A DNA stretch of 64,000 bases, from positions 1 to 64,000 of the forward strand of contig JAXMOL010000034.1 of the NCBI GenBank assembly GCA_034669905.1, read 5' to 3'. Of the stretch, positions 1 to 8,672 are shown piece by piece. The notes under the pieces are model-generated. The model did no database searches and was not told the origin of the DNA. It worked only from the letters and a program-made list of their open reading frames with translations. The DNA is from Candidatus Hydrogenedentota bacterium (GTDB taxonomy: Bacteria > Hydrogenedentota > Hydrogenedentia > Hydrogenedentales > JAEUWI01). Position 1 is the stretch's first letter. Every line of letters begins with the position of its first letter. A program made the position numbers and the translations under genes.

Positions 1-229
1 GTATATGCTTTCGTTCGCGTCAGATAGTGGAAATAACGTTGCCGCTTTGCTTGTACAGTCACGCGGGGAAGCATCATCGAGTCTCTGGGTAGTGAGTCGT
101 ACTGCGCATATAATCACAACCCGCGAAGCGGGTATCGGCGTAAAGCCTGGGGTGGAGCGAGGCACGAGCGGAACCCCAGGAACCCTCGTGGCGACACAAC
201 GTCCAACCCGCGTAGCGGGTGACGGCAAC
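1..229 (+). repeat. REP-like repeat unit (119-229) plus preceding spacer (1-118), direct copy of 1454-1680
   Basis: Palindromes ACCCGCgaaGCGGGT (119-133) and ACCCGCgtaGCGGGT (206-220) flank a CCTGGGGT...ACCCCAGG stem; spacer 1-118 aligns by eye with 1454-1571. Confidence 0.9.
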
Positions 230-291
230 CTCCCGGCACGAATTGCGGCACAACACCTCTGCTGGAAATGCTCGACAATCAGTTCCTCTAT

Positions 292-744
292 TCAGTCCCA
301 CAGATAACGTTCATCATATTCGATACCATGTTTTTCTAAGAGGCCGATGAATTCCTCCTGAAAGGTCATATGCTTGTGGTGCTCGCGCTGGTTGTCGATG
401 TATCTCGACACGGACTCGATGTGGCTTGCACTTACCGTAAACGCCCCATAGCCCTGTTGCCATGCAAAGTCCTCGTAGCCCGGAAAAGTCTTGTGTACCC
501 AACCCGATGAATTGGCCTTGATGTCGCGCAATACATCGCAGACGGATTTTGTCTGACGAAGTTTGGCCAGGATATGTACGTGGTCCTCCATCCCCCCCAC
601 ACGAAACGAGACGCCGCCCTCGCCGCGAATGGCGCCACCGAGATACTCGTGGAGGCGCGCTTCAATGGCAGGGTCAATCCATGTCTTGCGCCCCTTCGTG
701 GAGAACACCATGTGGTAAATGAGATTACAGTAGCTTGAGCTCAT
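292..744 (-). mobile_element. tnpA: IS200/IS605-family Y1 (HUH) transposase, likely REP-associated (RAYT-like)
   Basis: 150 aa; HMVFSTKGR, HUH motif DHVHIL, FAWQQGYGAF, catalytic YIDNQ; no tnpB; flanked by inverted REP-like units. Confidence 0.9.
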
Positions 745-800
745 GTCTTGCCTCCCTCCGAACGCGCGGTGTTGGCGGTCGGTTGTTCTTCTCTGCCGGT

Positions 801-911
801 GTTGCCGTCACCCGCTACGCGGGTTTGTGGATGGATATTTGGAAAATCTCCTGGGGTTCCGCTCGTACCTCGCTCCACCCCAGGCTTTACGCTGTTACCC
901 GCTTCGCGGGC
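801..911 (-). repeat. REP-like repeat unit, inverted copy
   Basis: Reverse complement of 119-229 (gttgccgtcacccgctacgcgggt...ctggggttccgctcgtacctcgctccaccccaggctttacg...acccgcttcgcggg). Confidence 0.9.
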
Positions 912-1347
912 TGTTGTTATAAGGTGAGGTGCGTTCGCTATTCTAAGACGTGATTGGTGTTCTTGGATTCTAGACAGCTACCCCCTTACGCGCAATTTGC
1001 GATGATTCCTCCTCTGACGCATCACCGTATGTCCAAAATGAGCCTCTGGCAGCATACGTAATTAAGCGTGAAGACGGAGATATCTATTGTTGCGGTTATG
1101 CTATCCCTTCGCTTCGAAAAACGCAACAAAATGTCAGTGCATTCGGAACATACATAGGTAGCAGCCAGGGGAAGAGTTGTCCGGACATGTACTGCGTTGC
1201 AGCCCGCGTCGCTGATCACAGCATATACGCCCGCGCCACCCAGCACCTGAATCTGTTAGCCGGGTGTCAGGCAATGTGCCTGTGCATGCGTCCCCTGAGA
1301 ATCCAGCGGTTCTTGGGAATGGAAGAGTTTCTACATCCGAAATCGAA

Positions 1348-1452
1348 ACCCGCGGAGCGGGTATCGGCGTAAAGCTTGGGGTGTAGCGAGGCACGAGCGC
1401 AACCCCAGGAATCCCCGTGGTCATACCACGCCCAACCCGCGTAGCGGGTGAC
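1348..1452 (+). repeat. REP-like repeat unit
   Basis: acccgcggagcgggt...cttggggt...accccagg...acccgcgtagcgggtgac. Confidence 0.9.
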
Positions 1453-1453
1453 A

Positions 1454-1680
1454 GTATATGCTTCCGTTCGCGACAGCTAGTCGTAATGCCGTTGCTGCTT
1501 TGCTTGTATAGCCACGCTTGGAAGCATTATCGAGTCTCTGGGTAGCGAGTGGTACTGCGCATATAATCACAGCCCGCGAAGCGGGTATCGGCGTAAAGCC
1601 TGGGGTGTAGCGAGGCACGAGCGGAACCCCAGGAACGCTCGTGGCCACACAATGTCCAACCCGCGTAGCGGGTGACGGCA
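1454..1680 (+). repeat. Spacer plus REP-like repeat unit (1572-1680)
   Basis: Near-identical to 1-229. Confidence 0.9.
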
Positions 1681-1931
1681 TAACGTTGGTATTCTTTAGG
1701 CCCCGTGGCAATCTGGTTCATCTATGAATTGACCCTATTACGCTACAGATTCGAATTCATTTTGACACAGGCTAAGGACCTTCGCGGCTATCTTGGGTTT
1801 GGCTTCACGTCAGCGGCCTGCACCGTGCGGTTGCACCTGCTCGAATTTTCCCAATACAACCCGATACTATGTTTGGTGTTGCTATGTTCCAGACCTTGAC
1901 GGCGTCACGCTACCCATAGGGAATCCATGAC

Positions 1932-3734
1932 ATGACCAAAGTACCCAGACTCCAGGTGCTATTCCTGATGGTGGGTTTCGTCCTTACTACGCCCGTTTGG
2001 TTAAGCACCGGGGCCTATGGCGAAAGCCCCGCGGTGGATGTTCATCGTGACCTGGTCTATTCCACCACGCCATCGGGTCCTCTCCTGCTCGATCTCTATG
2101 TGCCACAGAATGCGACCGGCCCCTTGCCGACCATCGTCGCCATTCCCGGCGGGGGCTTTAAGACGCAATCGCGGGCAAAGTTTGCGGCAGAGGCCCGGCG
2201 TTTTGCGGAGGCGGGCTTTGTCGCGGCCTCTATCGGATACCGGGGCGTACCCGAGCACACCTTCGCGACCACCGTGCACGACACCAAGGCGGCGGTCCGC
2301 TTCCTACGCGCCCAGGCGGAACACTATCCCATTGACCCACGGCGAATCGGTGCTTTCGGGCAATCGGCCGGCGGGCACCTGTCCCAGATGCTGGCCGTGT
2401 CGGCGGGAGACGCTGCCATGGAAGGGGCGGGTGGGCACCCGGAATTTTCCAGTCGCGTGCAGGCCGCCGTGTCCTTTGCCGGTGTGAGTGACTTTATAAG
2501 CCGTTTGAGAGAAGGAGGCCATCAGGGCGCGCGGCGCGATGAGCGCCGGGAGAGCAACGGACGGTGGATTGGCGTGCCCTTTTCTGCGGATAGCCCCGTG
2601 TGGAAGGCCGCGTCTCCCATAAACTATCTCTCCCACGATGACCCGCCCCTCCTATTGGTCCACGCCAAGGACGACGGTGTGGCCCCCTTTCAGCAGTCGG
2701 TCCAGATGTATGAGACCATGAAGCCAGTGCAGCCCTACACGGAGCTGTTGCTCTTTGAAGAAGGCGGTCACGGAATCCGTACTTCAAAGGTCATCGGTGA
2801 CGAGGCATGGGCGGCCACCATCGGCTTTTTTAACACCCATCTCACCCACAACGTGAACCTGGCGGGACTGGACGACGATGAGGCCCTCTTCGTGCCCGCC
2901 GTGCCGCCGACCCATCGGGATGTGTCCTATGGCCCCCACGGCCGCAACCTGATGGATGTGTGGACGGTGGACTCCCCCACGCCCGCCCCCGTGTTGATTT
3001 CTATTCATGGTGGTGCCTTTCGGCATGGCCAGAAAAAAATCAGTAACCACTATCTCCGCGAATGCCTTGATGCGGGGATTGCGGTGGTGACGCTGACCTA
3101 CCGATTTACCGATGAGGCCATCGCCCCCGCGCAATTTGAGGATGCCGCCCGTGCCCTTCAGTTCGTGCGGCATAATGCGGCGGCTTGGAATATGGACCCC
3201 ACCCGTATCGCTTCGTCTGGCGGCTCTGCGGGGGCGGGCATTTCCCTGTGGCTCGGCTTTCATGATGACATGGCGGACCCTGACAACGCGGACCCGGTGT
3301 TGCGCCATTCGACCCGCCTCACCTGCATGGCCGTGGAGAATGGCCAGACCTCCTATGATCCCCGGTTCATTCGGGAGCTTTTTCCCGATAGCGATACGTG
3401 GACGACCGGTGCGCTGTCGAAATTGTTTGGCGTAAATCTCAAGAAGTTGGATAGCCTGCCCCCGGAGAAATACGCGCTCTTCGACGCCTATTCTGCCCTG
3501 CCCCATCTTACCCAGGATGACCCGCCGGCCCTGCTGATTTACAAAAGCGAAAAAGACGCCCCCATTATCAATCGCAGCATCGGAATCCACCATCCCCGCT
3601 TTGGCTATGCGCTCAAAGAGAAGATGGATCCCCTGGGTATCGAGTGCATCGTGCACCCGGGTGTGGAAGGCAAAGACGCGGAGCGGGCCGACGCCTTCAT
3701 GGCCTTTATTAAGCGCCATCTCGGGGTGGCTTAG
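1932..3734 (+). CDS. Secreted tandem alpha/beta-hydrolase (two esterase/lipase domains)
   Basis: Signal peptide; two domains with PGGGF/HGGAF oxyanion motifs and GQSAG/GGSAG nucleophile elbows. Confidence 0.85.
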   Translation: MTKVPRLQVLFLMVGFVLTTPVWLSTGAYGESPAVDVHRDLVYSTTPSGPLLLDLYVPQNATGPLPTIVAIPGGGFKTQSRAKFAAEARRFAEAGFVAASIGYRGVPEHTFATTVHDTKAAVRFLRAQAEHYPIDPRRIGAFGQSAGGHLSQMLAVSAGDAAMEGAGGHPEFSSRVQAAVSFAGVSDFISRLREGGHQGARRDERRESNGRWIGVPFSADSPVWKAASPINYLSHDDPPLLLVHAKDDGVAPFQQSVQMYETMKPVQPYTELLLFEEGGHGIRTSKVIGDEAWAATIGFFNTHLTHNVNLAGLDDDEALFVPAVPPTHRDVSYGPHGRNLMDVWTVDSPTPAPVLISIHGGAFRHGQKKISNHYLRECLDAGIAVVTLTYRFTDEAIAPAQFEDAARALQFVRHNAAAWNMDPTRIASSGGSAGAGISLWLGFHDDMADPDNADPVLRHSTRLTCMAVENGQTSYDPRFIRELFPDSDTWTTGALSKLFGVNLKKLDSLPPEKYALFDAYSALPHLTQDDPPALLIYKSEKDAPIINRSIGIHHPRFGYALKEKMDPLGIECIVHPGVEGKDAERADAFMAFIKRHLGVA

Positions 3735-3755
3735 TGCTGTGCGTAGTTGCGCTGT

Positions 3756-3995
3756 TCACCGCACCAGCATATATATCCCAAACAACACGGCAAGCCAAAA
3801 CAGCGCCCCCACCACATATTCCGCCACCGTCGGGCGGTCTTCCGTGTAGCGATTGCTTCCCACCGTGCATTCCAGGATGACCGTGCCGGGAAAGCGGATC
3901 AGGCTCGGAATGAAATGGAGGTCGAATACCCAAGCGAAGAGGTGGAGTATGCCCCTGCCAATCCAAAGGAAAAACCCCACCACGACTTCTTCCAT
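3756..3995 (-). CDS. Small hypothetical membrane protein
   Basis: From MEEVVVGFFLW; two hydrophobic segments; fills the gap between genes. Confidence 0.5.
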   Translation of the reverse strand: MEEVVVGFFLWIGRGILHLFAWVFDLHFIPSLIRFPGTVILECTVGSNRYTEDRPTVAEYVVGALFWLAVLFGIYMLVR

Positions 3996-4154
3996 GCGCT
4001 TTGTCCCCTGTGCTTTAGACTGCCAAATCCCACGTCGACAAGACCGGTCACCCGACGTCACCTCGCCTGCTTTCCATAGTAGCACAGGCTGCGCTATCAT
4101 GCAGTTGATGGTGCGCAGCGTGCGCCACGCGAGGAAGGACGGAATAGGTAGCCT

Positions 4155-5342
4155 ATGGGTTCACGGGACGACGATAGCAACAACACAGAAGCGCCGCAGG
4201 CCGATGCACGGCCCGATCTTCCCCCCATGTCGGGCCACGACCTGGATACGCCGGAAGACGACGCCCCCACGCCCTCCCAGTTGGTCACCCGTCCTCTCTT
4301 TCCCTCCATGGGGCTGGAAGACGAAGATGCCCTCGATATTTCTCGCCCCCTCCCCATGGACGAAACGGATGACAGCAATTTCGAGCCAGAGACCATCTTT
4401 GATGATGCCGATGCCCAGTTGGATATTCCCGTGGCACGGGAATTGAAAATTGCGCCCGAGTCGGTGGCCTATTCCCCCGAGATTGGGGATGTACTCAATG
4501 AGCGTTTCGAAGTGGTCGAGTTGGTGGCCGTGGGTACCATCGGCGCGGTGTACGTCGTGGATGATTTGCGGTTGAAAGCGCGGAAGGCCCTGAAGTTGAT
4601 GCACCCGGACCTCATGAAGGACCCGCGCGCGGCCACACGGTTTATTGAAGAAATTAAGCTGCTTCAGAAACTTTCCCACGAGCACCTTATCCGGGTCTAT
4701 GACTTTGGCCAGACCGAACGGGGAAATCTATCCTTCTTCACCATGGAATATGTGGAAGGTATGACCCTCGCTCGCCTCCTGAAGAAAAAAGGCGGGCATT
4801 TGCCGCTGGATAAGAGCCTCGTGCTCATTGACCAGATTCTGGATACCCTGGCCTATGTGCATAAGCATTGTGTCTATCGGAATCTGAAGCCCCTCAATAT
4901 TATCGTCCGTCCGAGCGGGAAGATTGTCATGCTCAACGTGGGCCTCTCGCAGGCCACGGGGAGCCAGGGCTTTGACCGACGGGCAGCCTTGGGCACCATT
5001 CAATACATTGCCCCCGAGTTGATTGAAGATCCGGAATCCTGTGGGCCTCCGGCCGATATCTACGCGGTGGGAGTCCTGTTTTACCAGATGTTGACCGGGG
5101 AAGTTCCCATGGCCCAGGCACCGCCGCCTTCCCGGGTGAACCGTGCCCTGCCCCGCCGCCTCGATCGTGTGATTATGCGCTGTCTGTCCCACGACCCGGC
5201 CAGGCGTTTCGCCTCTGCCGACGAAATGAAACGGGCCATCCATGGGGCGTTGCGTCCGGCGACCACAAAATATGTGCTATTGGGGCTGGGGGCGTTGGTG
5301 CTGGCGGGGCTGCTCTATGCTTTCCTGACGGGGGGCAAGTGA
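4155..5342 (+). CDS. Membrane-anchored Hanks-type Ser/Thr kinase-like protein (probable pseudokinase)
   Basis: ALK, MEYVEG, GTIQYIAPE, DIYAVG motifs; HRD is YRN and DFG is NVG; acidic N-terminus; C-terminal TM helix. Confidence 0.85.
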   Translation: MGSRDDDSNNTEAPQADARPDLPPMSGHDLDTPEDDAPTPSQLVTRPLFPSMGLEDEDALDISRPLPMDETDDSNFEPETIFDDADAQLDIPVARELKIAPESVAYSPEIGDVLNERFEVVELVAVGTIGAVYVVDDLRLKARKALKLMHPDLMKDPRAATRFIEEIKLLQKLSHEHLIRVYDFGQTERGNLSFFTMEYVEGMTLARLLKKKGGHLPLDKSLVLIDQILDTLAYVHKHCVYRNLKPLNIIVRPSGKIVMLNVGLSQATGSQGFDRRAALGTIQYIAPELIEDPESCGPPADIYAVGVLFYQMLTGEVPMAQAPPPSRVNRALPRRLDRVIMRCLSHDPARRFASADEMKRAIHGALRPATTKYVLLGLGALVLAGLLYAFLTGGK

Positions 5343-5424
5343 GTTCCGGACTGATTCTGGCCAATTGGCGTGGCTGGAATAGGTTTCCCTACCGCGTTTT
5401 GGAACGCTCAGGGGTGGTTCGCCG

Positions 5425-5454
5425 TTGCAGGGGCGTCGCATAGGGTCGTATAAT
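5425..5454 (+). promoter_or_regulatory. Putative sigma70 promoter
   Basis: TTGCAG-18-TATAAT upstream of 5576. Confidence 0.4.
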
Positions 5455-5575
5455 GGGGCCGTGGGATTTGGTGCCTGGTGGCGCTGCATAGCCACCATGT
5501 ATTTCGTACGTCCCGCCCCCTGTATTGATTCATAAATCGCGCCCCAACCCCGTCGGAAGTCACTGATTTCACCGT

Positions 5576-6649
5576 ATGAGCGAAGCCGAGAGCCAACCCC
5601 AATCCCCCCAACGCCGCGTTCGTGCCCGCACGGAAGCCGCCCCGATTCTCCAACGTCTTGTGGAGACCCTCTATATCCACCCCAAGCAGGATATTCTTTG
5701 TTTTGGCTGTGGTCGGGGCACGGATGTGAATTGGTTAAAGCGGCGTAAGTTTGATGCCGATGGGTACGACCCCCATGTGCCCTACGGATTCAGCAAGGTT
5801 CCGGAAAAACAATACGACCTCGTACTCATGATTTACCTCATGACCCGGCTCAAAACCGACGAGGCGCGGCGAGAAGTGATTGCGAAGGCCTTCGACCATC
5901 TCCGCCCTGGTGGTACCCTGCTCATCACCAGTCGCTATTGGATGAAACGCCTGGAGGATCCGAGTCTCGGGCGTGCGGGAGCCCTGGCGCAATTTGAGGG
6001 GCTGCTCGAAGGCAACGATACCAGCGACATCTCCTTACTTGAGGTCGAGTCGGAAGACAATGCCATTGCGATCGCAGCGCGGCGTGCAGGTATCTATCAA
6101 CCCCGCTACCCCATTACCTGGGTCGAAACCTACGAGGCCATGTCTGAGGTGTGTCAGCGCCTTGAGCAGGAGCCCATGATAGCCCTCGATGTGGAGACGA
6201 CGCTGGATGAACCCCGGGTGCTCTGCACCATCCAGTTGGGAATTGAGAACCACTCCTGGATCATTGATGCCCTGGCGATGGAAGACCTGGCCCCGGTCAA
6301 ATCCCTGATGGAAAACGACGCGGTGGAAAAAGTCATACATAATGCCTTTTTCGAAGAACAGATGCTCGGGAAACATGGCATTCGCATCCACAACGTGATG
6401 GACACGCTCCACTTCTCCCGTCAACGGCACAAAAAGACCGTCGGACTGAGTCACAAGCTCGGCGACGTGTGCGAGCGCGAACTCGGGATCTACCTGGATA
6501 AGACCAATCAGACCTCCGATTGGACACTCCGCCCCCTTTCGCCGGACCAGATTCAATATGCGGCCATCGACGTGGAAGTTCTGGTAGACCTCTACCCTAT
6601 CTTAAAACCCCCGAAAGAACCGGAAATTCTAGAGCTCTTTTCAGAGTGA
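5576..6649 (+). CDS. Class I SAM methyltransferase-like domain fused to RNase D/PolA-type DEDDy 3'-5' exonuclease
   Basis: N-terminus LCFGCGRG...GYDP...LRPGG; C-terminus ALDVET, HNAFFE, DWTLRPL, YAAID. Confidence 0.85.
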   Translation: MSEAESQPQSPQRRVRARTEAAPILQRLVETLYIHPKQDILCFGCGRGTDVNWLKRRKFDADGYDPHVPYGFSKVPEKQYDLVLMIYLMTRLKTDEARREVIAKAFDHLRPGGTLLITSRYWMKRLEDPSLGRAGALAQFEGLLEGNDTSDISLLEVESEDNAIAIAARRAGIYQPRYPITWVETYEAMSEVCQRLEQEPMIALDVETTLDEPRVLCTIQLGIENHSWIIDALAMEDLAPVKSLMENDAVEKVIHNAFFEEQMLGKHGIRIHNVMDTLHFSRQRHKKTVGLSHKLGDVCERELGIYLDKTNQTSDWTLRPLSPDQIQYAAIDVEVLVDLYPILKPPKEPEILELFSE

Positions 6650-6664
6650 TTGCGGGTAGGGCTC

Positions 6665-6844
6665 TCAGGCCGTAAGCGGGTGGACCGCATTGGCCTGAAG
6701 GCGTTCGATAGCCATGGCGGCTTCCGAGACCCGCAGGCACGCCGGGCAATAGGTGTGGCTCACGTCGTGGGGACGTTCCAGCTGCGACTTCGTCCATGAA
6801 TCTTCCAGCTTAATCTTTTTGCAAACACAGCACTGTACCGTCAT
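6665..6844 (-). CDS. Small Cys/His (zinc-binding) protein, 59 aa
   Basis: AAGGAGGT RBS before ATG 6844; CCVCKKI...W...SHTYCPAC motif. Confidence 0.8.
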   Translation of the reverse strand: MTVQCCVCKKIKLEDSWTKSQLERPHDVSHTYCPACLRVSEAAMAIERLQANAVHPLTA

Positions 6845-6887
6845 GATAAGGACCTCCTTGTCCATCTGTTACTTGCGTCATAGTACT

Positions 6888-6914
6888 TCATCGGCAAATG
6901 GGTGGAGAACTTTA
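6888..6914 (-). promoter_or_regulatory. sigma28 (FliA/SigD)-type promoter
   Basis: TAAA-N15-GCCGATGA on minus strand versus consensus TAAA-N15-GCCGATAA. Confidence 0.7.
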
Positions 6915-6960
6915 CGGTATTTTTGTTCACAATGTAAATAAATTACCCTGGAGGTTTTTC

Positions 6961-7380
6961 GTGTCCACCTATCCCCATCTCCCCCAACAGCCTCAACAAG
7001 AGTCGGAGTGGCATCAGGCCCTCATTGATCTGGCCCGCTTCCTGCGCTCCCCGGAGGGCTGTCCCTGGGACCAGGAGCAAGATACCCGGGCTTTTGCCGG
7101 GTATGCCTGTGACGAAGCGGTCGAGTTTGCGGAGGCCGTCGCATCGGGCGATCGGGCCCATATGACAGAAGAGTGCGGGGATGCCCTCTTCACGCTGCTC
7201 GCCAGTATCGCGGCCGCCGAAGCCGAAGGCCATTTCACCTATCGGGAGGTCTTGGAGACCGCCCACGAGAAGATGATTCGCCGACATGACCATGTCTTTG
7301 GCGAAAACCGGGCCGCCACGCCAGAAGAAGCCATGGCCGCCTGGGAGCGGGTAAAAGCGGAAGAAAAGCGCCAACGATAG
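6961..7380 (+). CDS. mazG: Single-domain MazG nucleotide pyrophosphohydrolase
   Basis: LRSPEGCPWDQEQ, EAVE, EECGD, KMIRRHDHVFG; GGAGG RBS before GTG 6961. Confidence 0.85.
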   Translation: MSTYPHLPQQPQQESEWHQALIDLARFLRSPEGCPWDQEQDTRAFAGYACDEAVEFAEAVASGDRAHMTEECGDALFTLLASIAAAEAEGHFTYREVLETAHEKMIRRHDHVFGENRAATPEEAMAAWERVKAEEKRQR

Positions 7381-7532
7381 CACTTCGGAAATCGCTTTTA
7401 TGCCGTGATTCAATATAAGCTCGAATTACACGATTAAATATTGTATGATTCATCGTAGCTGTTTTATGGTCAGTATGCTCCAATTACCCGGGCAATGCGA
7501 GGACTTGGGGCCTCATTGCGAAAGGATCAGGG

Positions 7533-8426
7533 ATGAAATTTGATGTGAATGGCATTATATCGGCGGTGGTGACCCCCTTTACGAAGGGTGGCGAATTCGT
7601 CGATTTTGACAAAGTAGCTCCCCTCGCGGAGCACATGGTGAAGAAGGGCGCTGCGGGACTCTTTCCCTGTGGAACTACCGGCGAAGGCCACCTGTGTTCC
7701 ACCGATGAGCGCAAGACGATTCTCGAAGAGACCCTTCAGGGGGCCGGGAAAAAGGCCAAAGTCATTGCCCATACCGGTGCGATGGACACAGCAACCACGA
7801 TCGAGTTGACCCAGCACGCCCAGGCCGCCGGTGCCTATGCGGCGGCCGTGGTGACCCCGTGCTTCTATGGGTATGACGACGCAGCCCTGGAGCTTTTCTA
7901 TAAGACCATTGCCAAGGCGGTACCCGATTTCCGAATCGTGCTCTACAATATTCCAAGTTGTGCGAAGAACGCCTTGTCGGCAGAGCTCGTTCATAAGCTG
8001 GCCACGAATCACGACAATATCGTGGGTATCAAGGACAGTTCGGGCAGCATGCCTCTCCTGACCCGCCTCTTCGGACAAGCGGAAAAAGGATTTGCCGTGA
8101 TCAATGGCTCCGATGAGCAGGGATTCCAGGCGATGGTGGCGGGTGGAAAAGCCGTGGTATCGGGTTCCTCCAACGCCTACATCGATCTATACGTAGACGT
8201 TTACAACAACGTCGCGAAGGGCAACCTGAAGAAAGCCTGGCAAGCCCAGCTTCGTCTGGAGAAGGCTACCCGTCTCTTCACCTATGGCGGTGGCCTGGCG
8301 GCCCTGAAAGAAATCATGCGTCAACGTGGATTCGACCCTGGCTATGTCCGTCCCCCCCAGCGGGAACTGAACGCTGCGGAAAAGAAGCGCATTGCCAAGG
8401 GACTTGCCGAGCAGGGCTTGATCTAG
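7533..8426 (+). CDS. Dihydrodipicolinate synthase / N-acetylneuraminate lyase family aldolase
   Basis: VTPF, GTTGE, LYNIP, Schiff-base GIKDSSG. Confidence 0.9.
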   Translation: MKFDVNGIISAVVTPFTKGGEFVDFDKVAPLAEHMVKKGAAGLFPCGTTGEGHLCSTDERKTILEETLQGAGKKAKVIAHTGAMDTATTIELTQHAQAAGAYAAAVVTPCFYGYDDAALELFYKTIAKAVPDFRIVLYNIPSCAKNALSAELVHKLATNHDNIVGIKDSSGSMPLLTRLFGQAEKGFAVINGSDEQGFQAMVAGGKAVVSGSSNAYIDLYVDVYNNVAKGNLKKAWQAQLRLEKATRLFTYGGGLAALKEIMRQRGFDPGYVRPPQRELNAAEKKRIAKGLAEQGLI

Positions 8427-8464
8427 CCAGACGCTTCCCGCCCACGGAAACCAAGCAAGCCAAT

Positions 8465-8502
8465 ACGCCCGACACGCGACAACGTGTGTCGGGCGTTTTT
8501 TT
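8465..8502 (+). terminator. Rho-independent terminator
   Basis: acgcccgacacgcg-acaa-cgtgtgtcgggcgt followed by a T-tract. Confidence 0.8.
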
Positions 8503-8672
8503 GTGAATCGCGATCCGGCACTGCTCCCCATTGCGCCGTACCGGCCGGCCTCGTGCTCAAATACATTTCCGTAGGTGCTCGCCTGCACCCAACGTGAAAA
8601 AAAACGAGCCTGACTACCCCGAGTGGGATTGTCAGGCTCGTTGTCGATCTGTGGTCTTCCGTGAAGCGCGGA

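Noticed and set aside
1..1680. CRISPR array
   Set aside because: Units are ~110 bp, occur in both orientations, the spacer is itself duplicated, and there are no cas genes
5..1899. Short ORFs overlapping the repeats (5-307, 74-301, 735-953, 1022-1246, 1134-1424, 1421-1711, 1527-1721)
   Set aside because: Mostly translations of the repeat itself; no RBS or family motifs
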